From NCBI RefSeq assembly GCF_006345805.1, contig NC_042999.1, forward strand, positions 166,904,001 through 166,968,000: DNA of 64,000 nt. The letters run 5' to 3'. Both the position numbers and the translations under genes were made by a program. This DNA comes from Octopus sinensis. Lineage: Eukaryota. Positions 27,574 through 40,554 of this stretch are shown piece by piece; position 1 is the first letter of the stretch, and each line of letters starts with the position of its first letter. Under the pieces are notes generated by a model that ran no database searches, was not told the DNA's origin, and worked only from the letters and a program-made list of their open reading frames with translations.

Positions 27574-27575
<2 letters not shown>
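27365..27575 (-). mobile_element. SINE 3' part (family 3, CORE-like)
   Basis: Matches 35165-35400. Plus-strand relatives at ~5762-5890, 49470-49630 and 57890-58085. Confidence 0.75.
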
Positions 27576-27624
<49 letters not shown>

Positions 27625-27814
27625 TACTACCTGTCCTTTCTCCTTAAAAATTCATTTACAACACATTTATTACACATATTTCTGTACCTACAAGATGCCT
27701 CCTCATGTTTAAACTGTATACAACACCTGAAAAACCAAACCAAGTCACTGTTTTATGACTGAAACTTCGAATTCACTATCAGTGTATTCCTTTCAAATAT
27801 GTATGTATGTATAT

Positions 27815-28405
27815 CATTATTCAGTTTATTTCAAGATTTCTTGCGAACAGAGAAAGAACCGATTTCTAACCTAGATCCAAGGTTCCTTCATTGGAATTTC
27901 AACATCAACAGAGTATTTTTGTTTGTATGTATGTATGTATGCATGTATGTATGTATGTATGTATGTATGTATGTATGTATGTATGTATGTATGTATGTAT
28001 GTATGTATGTATGTATGTATGTATGTATGTGTGTATGTATGTATGTATGTATCTATGTATGTATTTGCAGATTTGTACATTTTATGTATGTATTCTCATG
28101 CATATAGTTACATATCTAGACATGCTTATATATATTCAAGTGATAAACTTCTGGAAAGTTTTACAGATTTTTACAGTTCCAGTGACGGATAGGATCTCTA
28201 GTCTTCGAATTAAATTTCTCCTTTCTGGTTTTGAGAAGCTTAATTTCTTAAGATTAGCATTTAGGTAGTGTGTTACATATCCCAGGGCTGCAATAATTAC
28301 AGGTATAAGTCTGAACTTGTTATCTGGATAGAGTAACTGCAGATTTCTCAATAGTTCAGCGTAGGTGTTCTCTTTTTCACTGATCTTCAGCTTTATGTTA
28401 ACATT
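27815..28405 (-). mobile_element. R4/Dong-like LINE 3' end in (TATG)n
   Basis: ORF 28136-28351 (MRNLQLLYPDNKFRLIPVIIAALG...KTFQKFIT) plus the shared 3' UTR. Confidence 0.8.
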
Positions 28406-28952
28406 TTATGTATGTACGTTTGTATGTATGTATGTATGTATGTATGTATGTATGTATGTATGTATGTATGTATGTATGTATGTATGTATGTATTTACGTA
28501 TAATTACATGTATGTTTGAATGTATGTATGTATGTATGTATGTGTGTATGTATGTATGTATCTATGTATGTGTGCGTGTATGTATGTATGTATGTGTGTA
28601 TGTATGTAGTATGTATGTATGTATGTATGTATGTATGTATGTATGTATGTATGTATGTATGTATGTACGTATGTATGTATGAATGTATGCATGCATAAAT
28701 GCATGCATGCATACATGCATTACATGTATGTGTGTACGTACATACGTGTGTATTTTAGAACAAGTAGAAAGATATAAGTTTTTTAACACGCAAAACTGAA
28801 CAGTATATATAAAGGATAAGAGCAGAAAATTTCAGCTGTTCAGTTTGCGTGTTGAAAAAAAAATCTTTCTTACTTGTTCTACAATAGATTTTATCGCTTC
28901 AAAAAGAAACTTGTTTCTTTACACATGACGTAACTGTATATGTATATATGTA

Positions 28953-29051
<99 letters not shown>

Positions 29052-29068
29052 ATATATATATATATATA

Positions 29069-29797
29069 CACAGACATGACAGAAGTAAATAGACACCCCA
29101 TAAAACATCGTTTTATGTTTATTCTAACTTGTAAAGTTTTATGTTTTTGTTAATTGATATTTTTATGTTTCAGGTTCTATATGTGACTATTTAATCATGC
29201 CACGCACAAAAGAAGTCTTAGAACTGTCTGAATTTCAAATAGGCTGTATTGTGGGTCATTCTGAAGATGAACATAGCGTAAAATCGCAGAAAATCTTGGG
29301 ATCCCACTTTCTACAGATAATAGAGTGATTATGCAAATTACCAGAGAGGGGGAAGGAGACTACATCACCTCGCCCAGATCAGCCAGGGTCCTCTGACAAG
29401 ACCCTTCTCTTTGTTAAGAGAAGTGTGGAGGATAATCCTCGTTGCAAGGCCTCTGACATAGCAGAGCAAGTTGATGTCAGTCCCAGAACAGCTCTCAGGC
29501 ATCTCCACAAACTTGGTTATTATGGCAAAGCAGCAAGAAGGAAACCACTTATTCGACTAGCTAACATCAAGCGGAGAAAAGATTGGGCCGGTGAGATGAT
29601 GGAGAGACCACTAGCATTTTGGGACACTGTCATATTCTTTGATGAGTTCAGATTTGCTATATTTCCTGACTGTGGTCGAGTGTGGGTCTGGAGACTCTGT
29701 AATCAAGAATTTGATGTGAAAAGATTGCAGCCAACAATGAAACACGACAGCTATTCTGTGATGGTCTGGGGAGCAATTTGGAGCAATGGTCAATCAG
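29069..29797 (+). mobile_element. Tc1-family transposon, 5' half
   Basis: TA + CACAGACATGACAGAAG TIR. ATG at 29197 (MPRTKEVLELSEFQIG), then ARRKPLI...[12 protein letters not shown]...VMVWGAI. Confidence 0.85.
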
Positions 29798-29919
29798 AAA
29801 GAATTTGGAAAAACATCCTACTAGACCTATGAACCAAAATTTATATTATTTAAAAATAATTAAACTGATTAGATCGACCAATGAAGTCATTCTTTTTCTT
29901 TTCCAAATTTATATACATA

Positions 29920-30412
29920 CTAGCAGTATCGCCCGGCGTTGCTCGGGTTTGTAAGGGAAATAACTATATAAGCATTTTTAGAGAGTTACTTCCCTTATAG
30001 ATGCCAATTCGGGCTTTCTTAGCCATTTCTGTTTTGGTGTCTTCAAGCCATGAAGTCGTTGTTCTAAAAGAACGCTGGTCTCCTTGACAACGCTTTACGA
30101 CGTTGATTTCCTTACACTCCCTTCCCCACAGCTTCACGAGTGAGAGAAGAAGGGGGAGAAGCAAACAGGTGCAGGTGTGACCATGGACGCCAACTCCGCC
30201 GCCATCGACACACGAAAAATTATGCATTAAAATGGAATAAAAAATGATGTTAAATCATTTTTAAAATCGTAGACTCATCGTAGACGCGCGCTAGTACCCA
30301 GAAGGGCTCGATATGAATCACGACTATAAGATACTCGAATTTGGTTAAACTGCACCGCAAAATGTGGGAGTAGTTAGGAATCTAAATCGAAGGGGACACT
30401 CACACAACTACA

Positions 30413-30425
<13 letters not shown>
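29920..30425 (-). mobile_element. Non-autonomous Helitron-like element
   Basis: Minus-strand 3' end cccgagcaacgccggg hairpin + cgatactg + CTAG|T at 29920-29923. The 5' end merges with tatatataaaa. Confidence 0.7.
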
Positions 30426-30460
<35 letters not shown>

Positions 30461-30680
30461 AAGAAAATGAGATGAATTCATATTCGAGGGTCCGATGAAA
30501 CTCTTAGCAGTTACTCAGGTATTTAACTATGTGTTCAGTGCAACGTAGAGCAGAAACAGGTGTAAGCAGATGAAGTTCATGAGATAATCATTTATTCTTT
30601 TGTCATCTCATTTTCTTATTACTGCTCTGTGCTCGACTAACACTATGTTCTGAAGCATATGTATATTGAGTTCTCTACCG

Positions 30681-30732
<52 letters not shown>

Positions 30733-30736
30733 TATA

Positions 30737-30768
<32 letters not shown>

Positions 30769-30988
30769 AAGAAGGATAAGATTGTTTTTCAAATATCGAT
30801 CTTATCATGTGGCCAGCATGGCAATAAAGACCTTGAAACGTAATAATAATTATTATTAAAATTATAATTTAGGGTATGTAAGAGATACCACCACGCTGGC
30901 TGGAAATAGCAGCCAAAACATGGCTCTAAAACCACATTAAATGCTCATACAACACCAGGAGAGAAGACAAAAAGGCATAATGAACTAG

Positions 30989-31029
<41 letters not shown>

Positions 31030-31039
31030 ACATTTTAAC

Positions 31040-31770
31040 TCACTTACGCTGTTTACAGCAGTGAGTGGAAGGAAGGTATGTAGCGTGATCGTCGCATTGA
31101 CCATGACAAAGAAAGTTGTCATGGCGATACCTGCTCAGAGGCCTATACAATGTTGCAGAAAGTGTATGGAGAGGAGTGTATGAGCCACACACAAGTGTAC
31201 AAGAGGTTGAGACGTTTCCAAGATAGCCAAAAAATGTCGATATTGCCGAACATTCTGGGAGACCTGCAACCAGCAGAAATGAGAAAAACATTGCAGATGT
31301 GCGTGTAGCTGTGAGGGTAAATTGTCTAATCAACATCCGTGAGTTATCAGAGGATGTGCAGATTAGTTACAGTTCAGTTCAGTCCATTATCACTGAAGAT
31401 TTGCGTATGAGACGCGTGTCTGCCAAGTTTGTGCCAAAACTACTTTCAGCTGACCCAGAAGACACTCGAGTTTCCGTTGCACAAGATCTCCTTGCTTGTG
31501 TCGAGTACGATGAACATTTTTTTGAAGACTTTGCGTAGACCTCTGAGCAGGTGTCGTCAAGCTTTTGACACTGTTATGGTTAATGCGTCGATCACACACT
31601 ACACACCTTCCTTCCAAGCACTGTTGTAAAGAGCGAAAGTGAGTTAGAACGTAAAAACTTAGTGCGCATGCACAGCAGAGTTTAAGGTCAATCTATGCCA
31701 AGCAACTTCCCTCTGCAAGCTTTAGCATCGTTAATATGGCAACAGTCCGGATACTTATTGATCAAACCAC

Positions 31771-31771
<1 letters not shown>
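31040..31771 (+). mobile_element. mariner transposon, internally deleted
   Basis: HSGRPATSRNEKNI...IRELSEDVQISYSSVQSIITEDLRMRRVSAKFVPKLL (mariner HTH and WVPREL-like linker). Right TIR gtccggatacttattgatcaaaccacg+TA. Confidence 0.85.
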
Positions 31772-31845
<74 letters not shown>

Positions 31846-32670
31846 AGTACATACATATAGACAAGTACATACATATAGACCAGGCTGGTTACAATAAGTC
31901 TAAGTGATAGCTGCTTCTTTATGTTATCGTTTAGGTTCATCGAATACACACATATAGTCATATGTATAAGCATAAATGTATACGTACGTTTGGGTGTGTG
32001 TGAGTGAATGTGTATGCATGTGTGTGTCTGTGTGTGTCTGTGTGTGTTTGTAATTAGATGTATGTTTGTAATTGTTTTGATATTTGGTTTTTCCTTGGTA
32101 GATTTTAGATGCATTTAAAGAAACAAAGTAAAAGTATGTCAAACAGAAATAATTTATATCAAATGAAAAAGGCTTTTCTTGGGCAGGACGGGGTTGTGAC
32201 AAGTAGAGGCAGGTTGAGCTACTTCACGCCGATGACGTCTCTAACGTCCTTGATGTACATATAAACACTAAAGCATTAATTCTTTTCTCAACCACCTCAC
32301 AATCATTGTCTCTGAAAGCAACAACTATTTGAGTTTTCGCTAGTATCCCATGGGAGGGGCAAGCTCATGATATCCAAATCTATGACCTAATTTCTATTCT
32401 AAGTGTGGGACACCTAAATTCTTCTAAATTGCTAAGCACCATGAGAAAGTTTTCCGTTTCTTCAAAACAATCAATTTTCAGTCTGCGTTAGAAACCAAAT
32501 GTTAAGATTAAAAATGTGACTTTTCACCTACTTTTCGTAAATATCTTTATCACCAGTTATTCATAGACACTAACAATTATTTTGTTTTCTTCTGTGCGCT
32601 TCTTTCGTGTAGCTTCAATGATTAACTTAAGTCCTATTAAAGCGATAATTATGATTCGTCATTAAATGCG

Positions 32671-32703
<33 letters not shown>

Positions 32704-33087
32704 ACACACACACACACATATATATATGAACATATATATATATATATGTTGTTGTCCAAGGAAAGTTCATAAGTTAGGAAAAAAGGCCACATCTGATATA
32801 AAGTAATGATATAATCTGAATAGAAAATTACAAATTAAGAACCATATTATAGATAAACAATTTTGCCAAAAAGTTTCATACAAAATTAAATAGGAAGTGT
32901 GATTTTGCACTCTTCAGACATATCTGACAAGAACATGTAATATTCTGACTGTCTATATAACTCTGACTGTTTGTCTCTCCCTCTTACCCTCTCTCTCTAT
33001 ATATATGCGTGTATGTATGTATGTATGTATGTATGTATGTATGTATGTATGTATGTATGTATGTATGTATGTATACATATATATATG

Positions 33088-33147
<60 letters not shown>

Positions 33148-33709
33148 TATAACATTGCAGCGTGGAACGTGTTTATAAGCCGTTTAAGAAACACAGAAAA
33201 ACCGTTAGATTCACTTCAACATTTAAATTTAATTTGTCAAAATATTTTCATCGCTTTGAGACCGCGACCTGTTCACTGACAAAACTCCGTGCAGTGTAGC
33301 ACAAAACGGCGGTGCATCAGCATGGCCGCAGCTCTGTGCTGAAACAAGAAAAACGAAAAACGAATATACATATATATATATATCTTAAATAAAAACCTTT
33401 GACCCTGCAATATTGTATATAAATTCTCTACTGGGAATGACCAAGTTTAAAAATCTGCTGGATCTCACTCCTAAGGGAATCTTACATTGCTTATAAACTC
33501 TATATTTGGAAGGACCCATTTTAAACTCTATTGGACTTTTGAACTTTACTCGTAGGATATTGGAATATTGCATATATACCATTATGCCTAAAAAATGGAT
33601 TTACAACTTCAATACCCATACATATCTTGCATCTATTTTCTTTTCTCCAACTCACTCTTCAATATGTATCACATCTAAACTAACTATGACTTAACTATCT
33701 TCTCACACC

Positions 33710-33761
33710 GTCTCCGATGAAGGGATATAATTAATAAATATCCTAGAAACAGCTGTAAAGC
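33710..33761 (+). ncRNA. Hammerhead-like motif at end of a Penelope-type 3' fragment (33395-33835)
   Basis: CCGATGA-agggatat-loop-atatcct-a-GAAAC-AGCT-GTA. Stem III is palindromic (ACAGCTGT); stem I is weak. Confidence 0.55.
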
Positions 33762-35047
33762 CTTCTATCTATAAATGCTCTAATATCTACACAGCCTTGG
33801 TTTTTTTATTTTATAATCCTAAAAAAATTCTTATATGTGTATATATATATATATATATAGGTAGGATCAACAATAAAAATTCTCCAACCAGTGAGAAATA
33901 GATATGATTTAATCTACACAATCATAAAGGAGCTACCAATAGTTTCGTGTTTTTAAGATATATTAAATTATGAGATTTATATAACAGCATGTATCTCTAA
34001 GCAATCTTTCAGATTCAGTTCTAATATTAGATGTTTTTAAAAACTAGGACGCTAGACTGTAAGAAGACATGAGAAAAAACGAATTACGTCACTTAGTGGA
34101 TAGCGCATTGCACTCATAATTAGAAGAGCATGATTCCGGTTTCAGGTCATAGCGATGCATTGTGTTCTTGAGCAAAACACACCATTTCACGTTGCATTAG
34201 TCCATTCAGATAGCAAAAAGGAGCAATCCTGGGAGGAAGAAGGCAGTGAGCTGGCAGAATAGTTAGCACACCGGGAAAAATGCCTAGCGGCATTTCATCC
34301 GTATTGAAGTTCTGAGTTCAAGTTCCTCCGTTGTCAACTTTACCTTTCATTCTCTCGGGATTGATAAAATAATTACTGGGTCGATGTAATCGACTTGCCT
34401 CTTCATCTAAAATTGTTGCCTTTGTTCCAGTATTTGAAACCATTAAAGACGGTGAGCTAGCATTTCGTCTCTCTACGCTTAGAGTTCAATTTCGGCCGAA
34501 GTCGACTTTACCTTTTATCCTTTAAGGGTTTGGTGAAATAAGTAGAGATGATGTAGTGGACAAGTTGCTTTTCACCAAATCTCATGCCTTCAGCCTATAG
34601 TAGAAAGTATTAAGGATTTTTGTTGTAGTCCAACAAAATATCATATGAAAGAAAAGCGTCATAGTTTGTTTTAGGTATCGTGATCTAGAAGTAATATCAC
34701 AAAATAATGGAGACAGCGAGTTTCATACAATGCAGAAAGGGAAAGCTGAATAAACTTTATATATTTCAGGTCCAAAGACACATCATCAGAAGTGAGCGCT
34801 TTAGAAATATGAGTTTATATAGATCCTGCCATTTTTATTGTCGAACGGGTACTCAACTTTCCATGCCTGAGATTCTCCGTCGTCATCCCTTTCTTAAAAT
34901 GTCATATCTTTAAACAAGGAATTAATTGTAGTGAAAAATGGAACGGTTCGAAAAAAATGTCTAATTTTCTTAATTTCAAAATATTTTCATAAGAATAAAC
35001 AATTGTAAAGTAAATTTTGATGATTGACGTTATTTTTTCAATTGTAG

Positions 35048-35132
35048 TACAGGAGCGCTTAACTAAACAGATTGCTGTGGCCATAACTGAAGCCGTTCAA
35101 CCAAGAGGAGTCGGTGTTGTTATTGAAGCTAC
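35048..35132 (+). CDS. GCH1: GTP cyclohydrolase I, penultimate coding exon (equivalent to human exon 5)
   Basis: ttcaattgtag|TA CAG GAG CGC TTA...GAA GCT AC|gtaagt encodes (V)[28 protein letters not shown], containing the GCH1 QERLT signature. The exon is 85 bp with phase 1/2 boundaries, as I recall for vertebrate GCH1 exon 5. Confidence 0.95.
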
Positions 35133-35164
35133 GTAAGTTGAAGCATTCATCATATATATATTCT

Positions 35165-35369
35165 TTTATTCTTTTACTTGTTTCAGTCATTTGACTGCGG
35201 CCATGCCGGAGCACTGCTTTTTGTCGATCAAATCGACCCCAAGGACTTATTCTTAGTAAGCCTAGTATTTATTCTATCAGTCTTTTTTGCTGAACCATTA
35301 AGTTACGGGGACATAACACACAAGCATCGGTTGTCAAGCGATGTTGGGGGAACAAACACAGACACACAA

Positions 35370-35402
<33 letters not shown>

Positions 35403-35564
35403 CACGACGGGCTTCTTTCAGTTTCCGTCTACCAAATCCACTCAAAAGGCTTTGGTCGGCCCAAGGCTACAGTAGAAGACACTTGCCAAGGTGCCACGCA
35501 GTGGGACTGAACCCGGAACTATGTGGTTGGTAAGCAAGTTACTTACCACACAGCCACCCCTGCG

Positions 35565-35568
<4 letters not shown>
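35165..35568 (-). mobile_element. tRNA-derived CORE-like SINE, full length, 33 bp into the GCH1 intron
   Basis: Minus head ggcgcaggggtggctgtgtggtaag...gggttcagtccc (A/B boxes) followed by caccttggcaagtgtcttc (CORE-like). Confidence 0.8.
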
Positions 35569-35608
<40 letters not shown>

Positions 35609-35915
35609 AATCAATATAGGGTGGCAGAAAAAATTTTGTAGAATTCTTTTTGCCACCAGCGGCCTAGTGGGAAAAAATTAATAGTCATAGACCATTTTTA
35701 AGTTCAACATCAACAATCAAGGAACGGCCATGATAGGCCATTCACCCACTAGAAATAACAGCCAAGCTTCAACCGCAAATAAAGATTAATTCCGTAAACA
35801 GGAGAAAATGTTTTTAAATTTTCTCCTGTTTACGGAATTAATCTTTATTTGCGGTTGAAGCTTTGGCTGTTATTTCTAGTGGGTGAATGGCCTATCATGG
35901 CCGTTCCTTGATTGT

Positions 35916-35951
<36 letters not shown>

Positions 35952-36147
35952 CACAAAAACATTCCAAAACTAGACATCAATATCAAGCAGAATTAGGTTA
36001 CCGATACAAGCAATACCCAAATTAGCTATTCCCACAAACTATGAATCCACAAACACTTACCACTTACATGAATGAAGGACAACACAGAATAACGAGACTT
36101 GAATATAGGACACTCACAAGCGAGCGTTCCCGTCATCAGCTCCCCAA

Positions 36148-36239
<92 letters not shown>

Positions 36240-37789
36240 ATAAACAGATGTGCCATTTCTGCTCTACTTTCACTCGTACTCTTCAGTATACAATTGACCA
36301 CACTGCTATCACCTCCTTAAGTATTTGTACAAATGGCGATTTGAACTGTTGAACTCGAAATAAATACAGACGAAAATAAATTACAATGTTATTTCTAACG
36401 TGAATTCAACTGCTAAATTGTAATTGTTTCTTGCATAGATGATGGCAGAGGCAGCGGTACATTTAAATTAGAAGAAATAAGCTTTTGAGAGTTAGGCTTC
36501 TTTCAAAAGCATAAGTGATGCTATTAACAATAATAAGAACATGATGATAATGATAATAAATATACGAAATCATCTCTACTTATTGTGTCTTTCTCACAAC
36601 AACATCTCTTCAGCAACAATTATTGATTGATTTTTATCTTTCCTACTAAGATACTTGGCTCCAATTGACGAAAATTAACTTAATATATGAGATATCACAA
36701 ATCTAATTTGATATTAATCTCACAATACGGTATTAGAATCACTCTTCTCGTGCACGTCACTTATGTCCTGGGGCGTTTAATTCTTTTGTGCTAACATAAA
36801 ATAAATGTCTCTATCTTTCACACTTAACTTTATAATTTCTTTTTCTTTTTCTTTGCTTCTTTCTCTAAGTCTCTCAAGATAGCAATCGTTCCTTAACCTT
36901 TTACTACAATGTCACTTAAAAAAGAAAAAAGAAACAGGTTTTATTTTGTACGTTCAACATCTACTAATAATACTGCTTTAGATTGATTATTGTTTGAAGA
37001 ATAAAAATTTATGAAAATATTTATTCGACACCAAATTTAATTAAATCCATAAATCACATCACGAAACATGTGACTTGTAATATGACAATTTAAAAATCAA
37101 AGGAAATGAATAAAGATATAGAATATGATGTGACATTTTGACTTGTCACCCTTTCGGGAAATAATTCTAATGATTAATTAATGTCAAATATTACATTAAT
37201 TTATTTTCTTTGGCGTCATCGTTCGTTTATATAAGAATGCTTGTAACATCTAAGTGGTACCTACCAATTTCAGGAAGTATTGTTTGATGACTTAAAACAA
37301 AACTTTTTATAAAGATATGCACGGATATTGCCACAAAAACACACTTTTCTTATTTGTTATTAATTGTAACTAGTGTGTTACCACAATCGTTCTGTAGGTA
37401 AAGAACGATTTACAAATATCCTTAACAAAGCTAATATCCTTCTGATCCATAATATCACAAATCAATATTACTACTCATAGCGGTATCATATCTAAGCACA
37501 ACACCTTCAATTTCAGGGATTACACCGCTTCCAGTGATCAAATTATTTTATCAACTCCAAAAGGAGGAAAGACAATGTTGACCTCGACGGAACTCAAAAC
37601 GTAAAGACAGACGAAACGCCACTTAGCATTTTGCCTGGCGTGTTAAGGATTCTGTCAGCTCGACGCTTTAATATTCCTATTCGTAACGATGTTGATGATA
37701 TTTAGTAATGAAATGCTTTATTTCTGGCATATATTTTCCGGCATTGCATTTCATGTGAAATTTTTGGTCCTACAAAGTCGCCTTGTGAT

Positions 37790-38048
37790 GGCACATGGCC
37801 TAGTGTTTAGAGTAGCAGACTTCGGTCGAGGGATCTCGGATTCAAATTTCAGACCTGCGATGTGTGTCTATGAGCGAAACACCTAAGCATCACGCGGCTC
37901 CGGCAGAAGGTAATGGCGAACTTCTGCTGACTCTTTCGCCACAACTTTCTCTCACTCTTTCCTTCTGCATCTAGCAGCTCACCTGCGACGGACCAGCGTC
38001 CTGACCAGCTAGGGAACCTATATACCAATGAAACCGGGAAACGCTCCA
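37790..38048 (+). mobile_element. tRNA-derived SINE (older relative of the 6286/8447 head, third tail type)
   Basis: ggcacatggcctagtgtttagagtagcagac...gagcgaaacacctaagc...actctttcgccacaactttctctcactcttt. Confidence 0.7.
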
Positions 38049-38051
38049 CAG

Positions 38052-38106
<55 letters not shown>

Positions 38107-38849
38107 CGAAAGAAGGTTTGAAAATGCAATTTTAAAAGATGTTTATTTACTTTACCGGTTTCACTCTTTGGAAAAAGATTGTCAAAAGTAACATGTAGAA
38201 GTTTGGTTGCGTTAATTATTGGTTGTTACAAAATGCTACGTTGCATATAAACAGTCTTTGGTAACAAGGACATGTTAAGGACAAAAAAATTAACAAGTTC
38301 CTTAAAATATTGGGCACAACAGATTACAACATAAATATACATTCTCAAGAACATGTTGAAGATAGTTTCCAGAAGGAATTATTAAAAAGTTCAGTGGGAT
38401 ATTGGTATTTTATCTGTATATTCAAACACGCACAGAATATTGGTTGACATAGAGTACTACAACACACATATATATACATTCTTTGGTGACAAGAGCATGT
38501 TAAGAACATAAAAAAGTTTAACAAGTTCATTGAAATATTGGGCACAAAAGATTACAGCAAATATATACATTCTCACGATAATTTCCAGAAGGAATTATTA
38601 AAAAGGTCAGTGGAATATTGGTATACACGCACGGAATATTATGAGTTCAAAAAGGTTTACATTATAATAGTAGGGAAGCTAAAACTGACCTGTCGACCAT
38701 GTTAATGTAAAAGAATATTATCTATTTCAAGGGACACTGTAGGTGTGTTTTGGTGGAGGGAAGGAGGAGTAATGTGGAACTGAAAATAATTTCTCCTTTT
38801 TGTCTCTCCTTCAAGCATCAATGTTTTGGGGATTGGTCTTTTAGAGGTC

Positions 38850-40530
38850 AGAATGGTTTGAGTGTGTCTTTGTGTGTGTGTGTATATACATATGTGGTGT
38901 GAATAGATGTGTCTGTGTGTTTGTAAAATCTGGTAGGATGGTGTGTGTATATGTGTGCTCGTTTGTCAACCGTGTGTGTGATTGTCTTGATGTTGTGTGT
39001 GTCTGTGTGTGTGTATGTATATATGTGTGTGATTGGCTGCGTGTTTATATGTGTCTGTATAGAGGTCAGAATGGTGTGAGAGTGTGTGTCTTTGTGTGTG
39101 TGTATATATATGTATACATGTGTTTGTGTGTGTGTGTGGGCTGTTTTAGATTGGTCCCAGGGTCCATTGTGGTGTAAATAGATGTTTTTTAGAAATTTGG
39201 TAGGATGGTGTGTGTATATGTGTGCCCGTTTGTGTGTGTGTGTGTATGTGTGTGGTTAATGTTTGTTAGTGTGTTGCGTGTGCGTTAGTGTGTATGTGTG
39301 TCCATGACTGTTGGGTGTATCTGTGTGGCGTGTGTGTGTGTTGGTATTGAGTATGTGTTTGTGTGTGTGCGTATATATGGTGTGAGTGTATGTGTCTTTG
39401 AGTGTGTATATATATGTATATATGTGTTTGTGTGTGTGTGTGTGGGCTGGTTTTTGAATGGTCCCAGGGTCCATTGTGGTGTAAATAGATGTGTTTTTTA
39501 GAAATTTGGTAGGATGGTGTGTCTATATGTGTGTCCATTTGTCAACTGTGTGTGTGATTGTCTTGGTGTTGTGTGTGTGTGTGTGTGTATGTATGTGTGT
39601 GATTGGCATTTGGCATGGCGCTGCGTGTGTATATGTGTGTCTGTATAGAGGTCAGAATGGTGTGAGTATGTGTGTCTTTGTGTGTGTATATATATATATG
39701 TATACATGTGTTTGTGTGTGTGTGGGCTGTTTTTGTTTGGTCCCAGGGTCCATTGTGGTGTAAATAGATGTGTTTTTTTTATTTGGTAGGATGGTGTGTG
39801 TATATGTGTGCCGTTTGTGTGTGGTTAATGTTTGTTAGTGTGTTGCGTGTGCGTTAGTGTGTATGTGTTTGTTCGTATGTGTGTCCATGTCTGTTGGGTG
39901 TATCTGTGCGGCGTGTGTGTGTGTGTGTGTACATGCGTTTTGTGTGTGTTGGTATTGAGTATGTGTTTGTGTGTGTGCGTATATATATGGTGTGAGTGTG
40001 TGTATATATATGTATATATGTTTGTGTGTGTGGGGGCTGTTTTTAAATGGTCCCAGGGTCCATTGTGGTGTAAATAGATGTGTGTTTTTTTAGAAATTTG
40101 GTAGGATGGTGTGTGTATATGTGGTGTTGTGTGTGTGTTTGTATGTGCGTGATTGGTATTTGTCATGATGATGTGTGTGCACATGTGTGTGTATATGTGT
40201 GTCTGTATAGGGGTCAAAACGGTGTGAGTGTGTGTGTGTATATATATATATACACACATGTGTTTGTGTGTGTGGGCCGTTTTTGATTGGTCCCAGGGTC
40301 CACTGTGGTGTAATTAGATGTGTGTTTTTAAGATTTGGTAGGAATGTGTGTGTATATGCGTGCCCGTTTGTGTGTCTGCGTGTGTGTATATGTGTGGTTA
40401 ATGTTTGTTAGTGTGTTGCGTGTGTGCTAGTGTGTGTATGTGTTTATGCGTTTTGTGTGTGTTGGTATTGAGTATTGTTTGTGTGTGTGTGCATGTATGG
40501 TGCGAGTGTATGTGTCTTTGTGTGTTTGTT
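38850..40530. repeat. Compound GT-rich minisatellite inside the Penelope 3' region
   Basis: Anchor tggtcccagggtccattgtggtgtaaatagatg recurs at ~39152, 39459, 39738, 40048 and 40288. Confidence 0.85.
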
Positions 40531-40554
40531 TTGGATGTGTGCCTGGGGGGTATG

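Larger units (their letters stand above)
26958..32159. repeat. ~290-bp inverted repeat pair (26958-27254 and 31878-32159)
   Basis: Near-identical sequence on opposite strands; ORFs 27003+ and 31755- translate almost identically. Confidence 0.9.
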
